From the NCBI RefSeq assembly GCF_009914755.1, contig NC_060932.1: a DNA stretch of 64,000 bases; one strand, written 5' to 3'. Numbering within the stretch: the first letter of the stretch is position 1; every line of letters starts with the position of its first letter. Positions 34,555 to 64,000 of the stretch are shown here, in pieces. A model generated the notes under the pieces. The model worked only from the letters and a program-made list of their open reading frames with translations. It made no database searches and was not told the origin of the DNA. The position numbers and the translations under genes are program-made. Source of the stretch: the human T2T-CHM13v2.0 reference genome, Homo sapiens.

Positions 34555-34899
34555 ACCACATGCTGATTGAAAGAGTAAGGTCAGAAGTGCCAAGTTGTGC
34601 CTCCAAGTGCCATTGGTTTTTGTTTTCAAAGTTCGAGAAGGGGAAAAAGAAAATAGGATGAAGGTCAAGCTGTGGACCCTGCTGGAATGTCTCATAAATG
34701 GATATTTTTTATAGTACACTAAGTTGTCTGTTGGAATCTATCCATTATGTACCTGTATTGTTTATTTTGACTTAGGGGCTTAGTGTAAATTCATTATGGA
34801 TGTGAAATTTTATCATAGTCAACTCTAACACACATTTAATGGCAGAGGACCAAGATTATTTTAGGTCATTAAATGATTATTAGGAAATAGTCATGCCTA

Positions 34900-35324
<425 letters not shown>

Positions 35325-35344
35325 TTAGGTGTTTTTTTTAACAT

Positions 35345-36876
35345 TTTTTTTTAAATTTTTTTAGTATTTATTGATCATTCTTGGGTGTTTCTCGGAGAGG
35401 GGGATTTGGCAGGGTCATAGGACAAAAGTGGAGGGAAGGTCAACAGATAAACATGTGAACAAAGGTCTCTGGTTTTCCTAGGCAGAGGGCCCTGCCGCCT
35501 TCCGCAGTGTTTGTGTCCCTGGGTACTTGAGATTAGGGAGTGGTGATGACTCTTAACGAGTATGCTGCCTTCAAGCATCTGTTTAACAAAGCACATCTTG
35601 CACCGCCCTTGATCCATTTAACCCTTAGTGAACACAGCACATGTTTCAGAGAGCAAGGGGTTGGGGGTAAGGTTATAGATTAACAGCATCCCAAGGCAGA
35701 AGAATTTTTCTTAGTACAGAACAAAATGGAGTCTCCTATGTCTACTTCTACACAGACACAGTAACAATCTGATCTCTCTTTTCCCCACATTTCCCCCTTT
35801 TCTATTCGACAAAACCGCCATCGTCATCATGGCCCGTTCTCAATGAGCTGTTGGGTACACCTCCCAGGCGGGGTGGCGGCCGGGCAGAGGGGCTCCTCAC
35901 TTCCCAGACGGGGCGGCCGGGCAGAGGCGCCCCCCACCTCCTGGATGGGGTGGCTGGCCGGGCGGGGGCTGCCCCCCACCTCCCGGACGGGGCGGCTGGC
36001 CGGGCGGGGGCTGCCCCCCATCACCCAGACAGGGCGGCTGCCGGGTGGAGACGCTCCTCACTTCCCAGACGGGGCGGCTGCCGGGCAGAGGGGCTCCTCA
36101 CTTCACAGACGGGCGGCTGCTGGGCAGAGGGGCTCCTCACTTCACAGACGGGGCGGCTTCCGGGCAGAGGGGCTCCTCACTTCTCAGACGGGGCGGCCAG
36201 TCAGAGACGCTCCTCACCTCCCAGACGGGGTGGCGGCGGGGCAGAGACACTCCTCAGATCCCAGACGGGGTCGTGGCCGGGCAGAGGCGCTCTTCACATC
36301 TCAGACGGGGTGGCAGGGCAGAGGCGCTCCCCACATCCCAGACGATGGGCGGCTGGGCAGAGACGCTCCTCACTTCCCAGACTGGGCGGCCGGGCAGAGG
36401 GGCTCCTCACATCCCAGACGATGGGCGGCCAGGCAGAGACGCTCCTCACTTCCTAGACGGGGTGGCGGCCGGGCAGAGGCTGCAATCTCGGCATTTTGGG
36501 TGGCCAAGGCAGGCGGCTGGGAGGTGGAGGTTGTAGCCAGCCGAGATTACGCCACTGCACTCCAGCCTGGGCAACATTGAGCACTGAGTGAGCGAGACTC
36601 CGTCTGCAATCCCGGCACCTCGGGAGGCTGAGGCTGGCAGATCACTCGCGGTCAGGAGCTGGAGACCAGCCCAGCCAACACGGTGAAACCCTGTCTCCAC
36701 CAAAAAATATGAAAACCAGTCAGGCGTGGCGGTGCGCGCCTGCAATCCCAGGCACTCGGCAGGCTGAGGCAGGAGAATCAGGCAGGGAGGTTGCAGTGAG
36801 TCGAGATGGCAGCAGTACAGTCCAGCCTTGGCTCGGCATCAGAGGGAGACCATACAAAAAGGGGAGAGGGAGAGGG
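35345..36876 (-). mobile_element. SVA retrotransposon, older type (SVA_B/C-like), antisense in HOOK3 intron 2
   Basis: Poly-T, SINE-R (about 35365-35860), GC-rich VNTR (about 35860-36480), Alu-like domain (about 36480-36840) and short (GGGAGA)n hexamer. SINE-R variants such as gttatagattaacagcatcc suggest an older subfamily. Confidence 0.93.
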
Positions 36877-38479
36877 TTTTTTTTTTTTTCTGTGAAGGCA
36901 TTTGACATAAGACAATATACTTCTGGAATTATTCTAAGAATTAAAATTAGTGGGCTTTTCCTTTAGCTTAAGCTGTGAGTGGTACAAAAGTTATAAACAA
37001 GTAAATGTGTTACTGGCAAATTAAGGAAATGATTTTGTATATTTTCTCTTAGCAGGAGTTAGGACATAGCGAGCAGCTAATAATAGCATCTTACTCATGA
37101 AGAGCTTCTCCAGTAAGATTACCACTTGTTATTTACATATCTATGCAGAACTGTCATCTCTTCCTAGTTTTGAGAAAGTTACCTTTATATTGTTTTATTC
37201 GAGCCTGCGACCATTAATTAAGGGGTCTTTAGAAAACATTACTGAAATTGTAAAGTACTTATGGCAATGGAAGCTACGGTTAAATGCCTGCGTATATGGC
37301 TTCAAAGTTTACCAGGGAAAGTAATACTGAATATGAGAAGTCTAAAGACTACTATTCTTAGTATATTTTGCCTAAGTAGTAGATTGGAAACTTACTAAGT
37401 GCTGTCCCTTTAAGCAAATTTACTGAGAAGCTGCTATGTACCAGCCACGGGGGATTGGGAAGGATAGCAGTGAATAAGAGGAAATGCCTGCCCTTCATGA
37501 ACAAGAAGGTGATGAATGACGCTGGTCTTTTTCTACTTGTGACCTAGTTTACAGAGTATGAAGGGGATAATTAGCCACAGGGCCTTAGTGTTTTGCTAGA
37601 ACTGGTTATGTGTTGAACTCTCCTGATCTGTTTTAACAAAAATGATTGTACTGTCAACTCTGACAGTTAACTGTCTGATTGAGCTTGGGAAAATTACTTA
37701 ATTTCTGAGTCTGATGTTCCTTAACTATAACATAAGGATAATAATACCTACCTTCCCTGCAGTGGTTTTGTGAATGCGCAGTGCCTGGTTCAATGCCTGG
37801 TATGTTGCTGATATAATACAGATGTTACTGGTGTCATACATGGTGTATATGATAGTAGCAGCTGATTTTGTTGTCTTCCCTTCTGAACTCAGACATGATC
37901 CTTAGGTTTTGATTTGGTAATCTTTTAAGGAATAAGCAGGCTGTATCATGATGCCTGATGTGAAACATTGTATTTGAACTTCTCTGAGTTCTTTTATTCA
38001 TAAGGTGTATTACTCTAAATTGCACATGAAGTATTTTATAACCTTGGAGATCTTGGAGTATATAATTTCTTGGACATTTTAAAGTTTTTTTTTTTTTTAA
38101 AGTAAGGGATTTTCTGGTGAGAGAAACACTAAATCTTTCAGCTGAATGAAACTGACTTGCCGCTTGGGTGGTAGGTTCTGGTGGGTTCATGCCTTTCTTT
38201 GGCTTTGGATAGTCATCAGCTGCAGGGCACCAGATTCATGTGTGAGTCTTTTTTAGTTGGAAAGCAATACTTGATTGCTAATGATTGTGCTTTTTAAGTG
38301 ATAGCTTTTTAGGTTAAGGATCAAAAATAATATTGAATATTTTTTGACTTCTGAATTGATTTTTATAACTCTTTAATGTTTTAGTAGAAATCACTTCAGT
38401 TGTTTTTCTTTTGATTATCTATTTTTCTAAGTTTTAAGCAAAGAGAACACTTTTGGGGGTTGTCTGTTTCTTTGAGAAG

Positions 38480-38942
38480 TCAGAGAACCTCAGAACTCAG
38501 TTCTCTCCTGACCAGCATGGTCCCTAAAGTTCTGTGTGTCCTCCTTGCAGCCCCTATCCTTTTGGCTACCTATAATTGGACCAGGAATGAAAAAGAGACT
38601 CTTTGGATCATTGAGGTTTTCCTGGGGATTTAGAATTGGGACCAAATGACAGCTGGTCTTTAAACAAATTGCTTGGACTGAAGTGATACAGGCTTGGAAC
38701 ATACCTGCAGCCATTTTTAGTGTTGTTTATGGAGGAATAGGAAAAGGCTGGTGTATGGAGAGAAAATGGTGTAGATGGATAGAAAGAAAGAAAGATGAAA
38801 GTCAGAGAGTATTGTCCAGTACTTGGTGAGGCCCAGCTATCTTAAGTACCATAACATCAGTGATCTTACAGTAAGTTGCCTTTTTTGCAGAAGTTTGCTC
38901 AAATTGGTTTCTCTTAATAACACAAAAGAACCTCAACTAAAG
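38480..38942 (+). mobile_element. Degenerate MaLR (MLT1-like) LTR fragment
   Basis: gcagccatttt motif and terminal aaaagaacctcaactaaa resembling an MLT1 end. Confidence 0.45.
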
Positions 38943-38989
38943 TAGCTTAAAACAAAAATAGGTAAGTATGATTATCCACGTGCTAAACA

Positions 38990-40765
<1,776 letters not shown>

Positions 40766-41230
40766 TAGATAATGAAGTTAATATGTTATCCAATGATATG
40801 ATACAGGCTTCAAAAATAATCATAACAGATTTGTATAGAGGTAACTTAGTTGTAACTTTAAAAAAATATACTTACTACCTAAATAATTTTTCTTTTTTCA
40901 GAATAGGTAAAAATTCTGAATATCATGTTGCTTCATTTTAAGCTAATTTGAGTAAAATTTAATACTGATTGTGTATTTATCAGTATGAGTTACAGTAAAA
41001 GTTGAAACATACATTTTTTTCTTAACCTTTCAGTCTCATTGTCATTCTGTTTTTTTTTGAGGTGAATAGAGGCAGTTGTGGTGTTATGGAAAGATTTTTG
41101 GACTTAGCAATTGCTCAAGCAGGACAAACTTAGGTGTTCTGTGTGTGGCCTTAGATATGTAATTTAATTTTTAGAGGATCAATTTCAAAACCTGTAAAAT
41201 GGGGCTCATGCTGGGTTTGAAAAGTTTTGT

Positions 41231-41272
41231 CCTCCCTCCCTCCCTCCCTCCCTTCCTCCCTTCCTTCCTTCC
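41231..41272 (+). repeat. (CCCT)n(CCTT)n pyrimidine microsatellite
   Basis: Read directly. Confidence 0.85.
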
Positions 41273-41594
41273 TAGTGTTTATTAGAAATATGGGAAATTT
41301 TCCCATAGAAAATTTTTCTAGGAAAATATAAAGGATATTCAGATTCTATCCTCGTTTCAATATGTTTGTCCACACCAGTGTTTTATCTTAAATTTTAAGT
41401 CTTTTGTAAACAGCAATGGTGTTCAGATGTGTCCAAAACCTAGTACTACATCTGAGAAAATAGATTCTCGGTATATATTATTTGAAGAAATCAGAATTTA
41501 GTGATGTTATTGGTGACCTTTGAAGTATTAGGTGGTGGAGTTCATTGAAATATTAACTGAAAAAGTTATTTTAACTTTCTTTATATATTTATCA

Positions 41595-42320
<726 letters not shown>

Positions 42321-42479
42321 AACTTGACTGTTAGTAACACGAAAGTTATTTCGTGGCTGATATGTGTCAAATACATTTTTATGTTGCAGTTAAGTGATTA
42401 TATGGGATGAGATTCAATTTTCTTTGTTTAGCTTGATAGCTACATGATTTTAATATGTAAGCTTTTTCTTATTTTGCAG

Positions 42480-42552
42480 AGATCCTGCATATTTTGATGA
42501 AAATTGGCTAAACAGAATCAAAACTGAAGTAGGAGATAATTGGAGGCTAAAG
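42480..42552 (+). CDS. HOOK3: HOOK3 exon 3 ((I)DPAYFDENWLNRIKTEVGDNWRLK)
   Basis: ttttgcag| acceptor, 73 nt, donor AAG|gtattt. Completes the split Ile codon and carries the Hook-domain NWRLK motif. Confidence 0.97.
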
Positions 42553-43167
42553 GTATTTTATTTTTCCACCTGTTAAATCTTTAAATATTTGTATGTGTAT
42601 AATATCTGTTGATTTTTTTTTGTCTGATGTGTCCAGTGAGCTTTAGAAGCTTAGGTAGCCTGTAATGAAATAATGTAGAATTGAAGATTGAACTCACCTG
42701 GAGTTGTACACCTAGGCATAACATAATATGAGTCAGTAACGCATAGCAACCAAGGGCATGGAGCCAGTGTGCCTGTGTCCACATCATAGCTCTGCCATTT
42801 ACTGTCTATGGGGAAGTGTTGTGACCTTCCTTTGCCTTGGTTTCCCCATTTGTAAAATGAGGATTAATATAGCTTCTACCTCACAGAAATGAGTTAATAT
42901 TATGCCAAGTACTTAGAATAGTGCACGTGGTAGTTATAATGAGATAACACTGATCATTATTAACTGTATCGTAAACACTCAGAGAATGAAACATTTTCAT
43001 TTCCTTCCTAGTAACCTTTAAGTATTTTACAAGTTTCTTTAACCAAAACTTACAATAAGAAAAAAAGTTTACATTGCAACCAATTTCCTACCTAAATGTG
43101 TGTGTGTATATAGCTGAACAGGTTTTTATCCTTACATTAGGCAGTGATGTTTTCATTTTATTTTTAA

Positions 43168-43880
<713 letters not shown>

Positions 43881-44119
43881 AACATTAAATTGATTGTTTT
43901 GACCCAGTGATTGTCATTTCTGGCAGTGTGGAGAAACCTGCGACCATTTCTTTTTGATACAGACTGGCAAAGACTCAGACATACAAATGATTTAACCATG
44001 CGAGGCCCCTGAACTTAAGACATGTTCAGTTTGAGTTGTCTTTGTATTTTCCCCAAGAAACATGTTTGATAAGAAAAGTATTTATTTGTTGCTTAAGTAT
44101 TGGGTTTGCCAAAATCTAA

Positions 44120-46027
<1,908 letters not shown>

Positions 46028-47044
46028 CTACCATTTTAAATGAATGGTAGTTGATTTTCAAGGCATCTAATTTCAAATATTAAAAATACGGGAAAATGAA
46101 CATCCTAGAATGAAAGAAAGCATATTATATGCATTTTCCATATCTGCAAATTTTTGTAGATGTTTAAGCATGTTAATTTTATGAGACCTGTAAAGATAAA
46201 TAAGCAAGTTTTCAGTTTATTTTCTTCCTTACAAATAAATATGCCTTTAATTAAGTACTGGATCACATTGCTGTGATTCAGGCTCTTATTTGAAAGCCTC
46301 AGTCCCTACTAGCTTCTTTTCTAGGATGTCTCAACTACAGACACCACCCAGGGACAGCTAGATCAATAAAATAATCAATAGAACTATATCACATACCCAT
46401 TTAACCTAACAAAACTGTATGAGTTGGGTCAAACAGAAAGAAAAAAATTATAGTTTACAATAAATAGGGCAGGTGATTCTGCCCATTCTTCACCTAACAT
46501 TATGGCTCATAAATACTTACTTTGATGTTTGACTAAAGAAACAATAGTTTTTTTTTCTGGTAGGGGAAGAATTTAGAGACATTATACTTCATGGGTTATT
46601 TTAAAGATTATTTTACTATAATTTTTGCCTAATACTCTCTTTAGAACTTAATTTCTATATAGATGCAGTTTGACTTTTCTAGGGAGAATAGCTCTGAACT
46701 CAAGTCTTCATTAAGGATGGCATATTTTTACTTTACCCACAGAAAACCTAAATAATTTAATCTTATTGTTAAGTCTCATTCAGTTACCCTCCAGTTGTTT
46801 TCAGTGTGGTCATAACATTGAAAATTCTACATAATTGGAGACATAATTTGTTTTATAAATCTCTTGGATTATATAGTAGTACTTTTTGATGATGATGATA
46901 ATTCAAATATGCTTTTGAATTTTATTTGTTAATATTTACTTTATGATTAACTGCAGTGATTGGTTGGCTCAGAAATTTTTTATGTTAAATTATGTTTTGA
47001 TCTGTCTTGCCTTTTACCCAGTTGTTTTCTCTCTCTTTAAACAG

Positions 47045-47095
47045 ATAAGCAATTTAAAGAAAATTTTAAAAGGAATCTTGGATTATAATCATGAG
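47045..47095 (+). CDS. HOOK3: HOOK3 exon 4 (ISNLKKILKGILDYNHE)
   Basis: ctctctttaaacag| acceptor, 51 nt, donor GAG|gtaaag, phase 0 at both ends. Confidence 0.97.
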
Positions 47096-47639
47096 GTAAA
47101 GACTTTTTTCTCATTCTGCTTAGAAGTGTTACTATCGGATAGTTTAATTTTATAATAGTTTCAAGTTAAGGAAAAATTGCTTTCAAAATTAATAATCAGT
47201 TTGTCGTTCATTTTATAGTTTCTATAATAGGATGATGGTTCAACCAACCATCTGTCAGTCAGTTAATAGATGGATGATCCTTTTCACTGTATTATAGGTA
47301 GTTTGTAGATGATTTATAATTAATGTCAAATTTTACTTTATGTCATCTATTAATTCTGTCTTTTTTCCTTTACTTGTGAAGATAGTTTTAGAGTTCATGC
47401 ACCATTGTCTACTTTCATTTTATTCCTTGGCAAACCCCCCACCCCTAGATGAACTCAGTTTGTCCTCTGAGTCTGCATCAGAACAGTCAGACATTGCTGG
47501 GGAAGAAATCAGGCAGTGGAAATAACTAGTTTTAGTTTAAATTTTGTGATCAAAGATGCCAAATGGACACAACACCATACCCTAGTTATTTCCCTACTGT
47601 GTTTTCCTACAAGCTTACCTGCATTTAGTACCCATGTTT

Positions 47640-48962
<1,323 letters not shown>

Positions 48963-51319
48963 ACCCCATTATATTATTAGAGCCATGAAATGAGGTTGGA
49001 GCCAGACCTCATGTAGTCATTGGTACATCCCAGCCATCAGGACAGTGCTATTACACTGCAGGCACTCAGAGTTTCCTAATCATGTCAAATAAATATTAAT
49101 TTCCAAGAAAAACATGATATTTAAGATACATATGAATGCGAACATAGGGTTGGTATTAGACACGTTGACAAAATGTTTTTTTCCTTCGACCAGAAGTACT
49201 TATATTTACTAGATCTTTTGGGCTTAGAAGAGGTGATTGGTTTTGTTCTGAGCATCATGCCTATTACATAAAAAAAAAGTAGTTTTTAATAAAGTATTAC
49301 GATAAAAAAGAATAGAAAATGTATGGCATTGAAGATAGTGATGCTGTTTCAGGAGTGTCATCCTGAGCCAGGTCTCACTCAGTGGAAGCCACCCAGAGGA
49401 AATCCGAGCCATTATCCTCGTCTCATACATGAGAAGCCAAGGCTCATATGCACCTCTTTCTCTTCCCTTCTTGTAATTTTTCTTTTTTTTCTCCCCCTCA
49501 CCCAGCCCCCTGACATTTTTGGGTCCTAGGCCTACTGGTGTTACCTGTAGCCCCACATAGCATCCCCTAGCCTGAGCGTGCCTGAGAGGAAGAAGAAATC
49601 CAGTCTCTGAAAATGGTGTGGTGTCTTTGGAACTTATGCCCTTTTAGAAACCTAATTATATTCATTACTACATGATTAGGAGAAAGAGTTGGAGCAGGAG
49701 TAAAACTAAAATCAGTACGTGTGGTTGGAGTTTGCCTAATTTGAGCCTACACTGCCGTTCAGTGAGCCCATACCTATATGATTCAGTATCAGTTTCCCCA
49801 TTTATTCTCATAGCCCAAGGTTCTTTTCCTTCTTACTGCCTACTGTGATTTATATTATATATTTCTTTGTGCATTTAGTAATTCATTTTATGTGTTATAC
49901 TTCATAAACTAGATGAAGGTACTTGCCTATATATTTAAACATTTTGCAAATGCACACCCCTTTGACACCATAGTTCTATTTCTAGAAATTGGTCTTTAAG
50001 AACTACATTAGGCTATCCACCTCATCATTATTTCATAGTAGGCAAAAATTGAATATAACCCAAGGTCTAACAATAGAAAATTATGAAACATGTTGTAGGA
50101 CAAATGCCATTCAGCCATGAAAATACATATTTATAAATACTCTTTAATAATATAAAAGTGTGAGATTGTATATGCCATATGATACCAGTTTTACATGAAT
50201 ATACATAAATGTGTTTATAAAAATGTGTATGTAGGTCCACAATTTCAGATCCCAATCCTTTAGGCCAGATTCATTTTGGAATTCAGAGTTTTTCAGATTT
50301 TTGGAAAGGTAACATGATGCATACACTACGTATTGTGTAAATAACCCAGTGGGGCCTGGGGTTACACCATTATTCCATTATATTAACATTTCTGCAGCAA
50401 AACATAAGATTATTCACTCTAGGATAAACAAGAAGAATAAATTCATGGTTCTGTCATTGCCTTTCACCCTCCTTCTGGGAATTCCTTTGTCTTTCTCCTA
50501 TCTTATTTTGTTTGCTGAATTCGGTGTATTTCTCTTTTTTGGTTTACTTTCATGTTTTGGTAGAGCCCATTTTCTAGTGGCATCTTCAGAAAAATACATG
50601 AGAGATACTTATTTTAAGCCCCACAAATCTGAAAATAATCTTAGTTCTCTTTACACTGTGGTTTAGTTGAATATGGAATTCCAGGTTGGAAGTCATTCCT
50701 CTGTATTTTGAAATCATTGCTCCATGCCCTGTGGCTTCCAGTGCTGCTGCTGACATCTCTCATGTGGACTCCCACTCCCTGTTGGTAACTTGTTCACTTT
50801 CTGGGACCTTTTAGGTCCTTTTTATCTCCATGTTCATGCTGCTGTGCTTTGGTATGAGAAGGAGTTTTTTTGTTGTTCTTTTCTTTTGTTTTATTGCGCT
50901 TGGCACTTAGCACACCCTTAAAATCTGAATGCCTACTAGCTTTAGTTTTAGGAAATTTTCATCTTATTATTATTTATTTTATCTCATTTATTTATTTATT
51001 TATTTTATTACTTTACTTTTCTTTACTTTATCCTCTTTCTGAACTATTTAGCTATTGAACCGCCTGGGTTAATCCTTTAATTATCTAACCCTTTCTCTCG
51101 TTTTTTCTCTCTTGTGTTTTTGCTCTACTTACTGAGATGATTATACACCTTCTTCTAGCTTGCCTGTTGAATTTTTTCATTTCTGCTATCACATTTTTAA
51201 TTTGCAAGAGCGCTTTATGTTTTCTGAATGTAACTTTTATATCCTCTTCTTGCTTATGAATATGTTTCTCTTATCTCTATGAGAATATTAATCATAGATT
51301 TTTTTTACTTTCATATGTT

Positions 51320-57835
<6,516 letters not shown>

Positions 57836-57849
57836 TTTTGTTTATTTTA

Positions 57850-58509
<660 letters not shown>

Positions 58510-58900
58510 CTAGGAATTGATTTTCCTATTCAAGGAGAAAAATTTAATTTAATCTGGTTGGTGGTATATTTCTATTCATTTAATTCAATTTGTTTTCCTT
58601 ATTATTTAGAATAAAACTCACATCCTTGACATAACTTATGAGGACCTAAGTGACATGCCTCCCCCATCCTGACCCCTGGACCTTGTCTTCCACTCCTTCC
58701 CCAGCCAAGTGTGGGGAAGGACCCTACTGTTTTTGGAGTTTATCAAGTGCACTCCTACCTGACGACTTTGCCCATGGTAACCTCTGTGTCGTATCCCCCC
58801 ACCTATAACTATATGGTCTGCCTCTTCATTCCAGGATTCTGCTCAGTTTTTGACTTAGCATAGAGGGCTTCTTTGACCATCCATCTAAAATACCAATCTT

Positions 58901-59342
<442 letters not shown>

Positions 59343-60235
59343 TCACCAGCACCTACCAGGGCTTGTGTTTACCTTCTTGATCACAACCTCTTTCCTCACC
59401 TCCTGTCCAGGGAAAACCATGATTCCCAGGTTTTTAAATAATTGTTTTCTTGTTTGTGTTGATAGTTTTACCACCTGTATGTCATCTAGTTATAGGATGT
59501 TTAAAATTTTATTTTCTTTCATTTGCTTCATTATTTGCTTTTTTCTGAGTTTGCTTTCATTGTTTTTGCCTATTTTTAATGTTGGAGACTTCTCAAATGT
59601 TTTAATGGTCCTTGGTTGGTTGTTGACATTTAAAAGTAAACCACTATCAAAAGCTGATTGGAATCTGAGTTGGGGGTGCTTTTTGAGTGGTACATTTCAC
59701 TGTAGGATTGTCAGGCAGAGACCTGCCCATTTGTCTGCATATGAATCATTTCATGTGGGAACAGTCAGTTTCCGTATAAAGAAATTTCATGCTCCTTCCT
59801 GACGTAGGTATTTTGCTGCCGGTGTTTTGGGAATCAAGTGGGAATCAAGGTGGCTAGTGAGAATCTTACTGTTGGGGACATGAATTTATATTTAATCTTA
59901 GCTCTTTCTGGTGCCCCCTAGTTCATAACCATTTTAGTTCTACTTCTTCAAAGAGTATACACCTATTTCTTCTGGGAGTACTCAGGGTTTTTTTGTTTGT
60001 TTTGTTTTTTTTGCTCGATGTACATGCCACATACCAGAGTAGGGACTAAGTTGCTGTGACTCAAGATAGTTATGATTTAGGTATGGGAGGTAGAAATAGA
60101 AATTGGGAGTGAAATGGAACATAATCACTCTGTCCTTGGCAATGAGTTTCTGGTAATAACAAACCTCGATCAAGTTTTTTTTTTTTTTGGTCATATAAAT
60201 GTAAATGCAATTATAATCCTTTTATCTCCATTCAG

Positions 60236-60368
60236 ATTTTAGGACAGCAAATTAATGACTTTACCCTTCCTGATGTGAACCTTATTGGGGAGCATTCTGA
60301 TGCAGCAGAGCTTGGAAGGATGCTTCAGCTCATCTTAGGCTGTGCTGTGAACTGTGAACAGAAGCAAG
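60236..60368 (+). CDS. HOOK3: HOOK3 exon 5 (ILGQQINDFTLPDVNLIGEHSDAAELGRMLQLILGCAVNCEQKQ)
   Basis: ccattcag| acceptor, 133 nt, donor AAG|gtaatt. Conserved Hook-domain LQLILGCAVNC motif. The gene continues beyond the window. Confidence 0.97.
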
Positions 60369-61012
60369 GTAATTTGTTTCAAGTTAGTGTTTGCATTTAA
60401 AATAATGAAGGAAAGTAGTGTATATTTTATATTTTATATATAAATCACCAGTACCAACAGTAACATCTGTTTAAGGTCACCCCCAAAGAATGCCATTTTC
60501 TACAGTTTTACTAGTAATTTGTTTTTAAGCTTAAATGAATTTTGCACATTAAAATAAATTTGACTGGGGTGATATTTTTTCTTTTGTGCAATACCACATA
60601 ATTCCTTGAGTAGATAACTACACTGAATGCAGTGAAATTTGCTGTTAATTTGACAACATCTACCTAATCTGGAAAAAATGAGCAGAGACATACAGCAGTT
60701 TAATAGATATTCAGGTCTGCCTTCCCAACATATATCTGTAACAGATGCCTTCAGCTTCTCCTTTTTCTTTTTTTAGGCATATTGTATTTGGAAAACATTT
60801 GCAAGTTTGCCTCTACTGTGGGGAAAAAGAGAGGGAAGAGTATCATTATATGCAATGTTTAAATAATAAAAATAAATTTTGAATTGGGTTTCCTACCCCA
60901 AAATCTGGCAGATACTTTTCCTTAAGAAATCACTCCCTGACTTAAATTTTAGATAGTGCCTTGACTATCTTTTAAAGGAAGGAATAGTATTACATATATC
61001 AAAATTGTTTCA

Positions 61013-62546
<1,534 letters not shown>

Positions 62547-63624
62547 TAAAACATTTTCATTCAGTTATTTTATTGTGTGCTTTTGTGAACTTTAAGGTAG
62601 CCGCAGTTTTTTAAATGTCATTAGGTGGTGTTCAATGATTATATTTATTTTATCAATAAATGGAATGTAAATTAGTAAAACCACTAACATAGAATTAGAG
62701 AAGGCTATTCTCAGTAAGTTAACTTTTAATTTACAGCTTTTGTTAGTTAAGTGTATTTTTGTGTATACAGCAAGTCCAAGTTGACAGATTTGAACTTTGT
62801 TGAAGTTACTTGAAGACCAGCTTTGATATATAGATAATAATATAATTAATATCTTTTTTATAGTTCTTCCAAAGTGCTTATCTAATCTTAAATAGCTTTT
62901 TTCTCTATTGACAACTACTGATTTGCATAGAAATCACTTGTTTTCTAAAAGCTGTAGTTCAAATTTATCATGCAATAAAGCAGATAAATTTTACCTTAAA
63001 TTCATTTTCTCTTCTATATTCAATTTATTTCATAAATATTGAACTTATACATTACTAGGGGCTAGGAACACAGTGTTAGAACAGACAAGTACCTGCCCTC
63101 AAGGAACTTGAGTGGAAGGACATTAAATAATGCCACAGATACCCGTATGATGAACGCAGAGGTGAGTGTTCCTCAGCTGCAGCTTAAAGGGGGACAGCCT
63201 GGGTTTGGGGTCAGGGAAGTTATTTAAGCAAAGCTATGGAAGACAATGGGTTAAGAGTAATGTAAATAGTAGAAGCTGAATGTAGGAAAGACCTAGGTTA
63301 TCTCTGAGGAATTAAAAAACCCACCACACTATAATTGGAGTATAGTGAGAAAAGGATGAAGGAAAATACGGCAGGAGATAGGGGCTATTATAAATGATGA
63401 CAGCACAGTATGTTACTATTACTTATGTTGAAGATGATGAATTTTTTTTTTTAAGCCCAAAGGTTTTTTTCTTGTTTCCCCACTGTTTACCCCTTATAGT
63501 GCAAAACAGATTTCTATTAACTTGTTGTTTGTACTTTTTTGGTGTTCCATGGTAAGTTTAATAATAGCATTATTTTCTTGAAGTTATGACTAATTTTATT
63601 GGTCTCCAATTCAGTATTTTTTAA

Positions 63625-63990
<366 letters not shown>

Positions 63991-64000
63991 ACCATTTTCT

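Noticed and set aside
35843-36580. Repetitive ORFs and a repeat-spacer-like array
   Set aside because: This is the SVA VNTR (GCTCCTCACTTCCCAGACGGGG units), not a CRISPR array or gene. There are no unique spacers and no cas genes.

Overview
Primate, almost certainly human, genomic DNA (SVA and AluY elements, recognisable genes) from the RNF170/HOOK3 head-to-head locus (8p11.21 by established annotation). A CpG island at about 12960-14935 acts as a bidirectional promoter. It drives RNF170 on the minus strand (non-coding exon 1 with donor at 13424; first coding exon 4668-4811) and HOOK3 on the plus strand (coding exons 1-5 at 14072-14128, 23114-23199, 42480-42552, 47045-47095, 60236-60368, splicing into one open frame for the N-terminal Hook domain). 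The island also holds the MIR4469 hairpin and a (CGG)9 tract. The rest is intronic and dominated by transposons: roughly 45 Alus, two antisense SVAs (one nested in an L1PA), older L1/L2/MIR, solo LTRs and DNA transposons. Almost all listed ORFs are repeat or GC artefacts. I see no prokaryote-type system such as CRISPR or an operon. The best leads are: (1) an apparently decayed human counterpart of the rodent Rnf170 N-terminal extension exon at 12443-12508; (2) a strand-specific A-to-G cluster fixed in the younger SVA, consistent with ADAR editing before insertion; (3) a stop-free frame across RNF170 exon 1 and the CCG repeat that splices in frame to the RNF170 ATG; (4) two AluY elements inserted head-to-head at the same endonuclease site. 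Repeat subfamily names and the mouse protein comparison are from memory and need checking.
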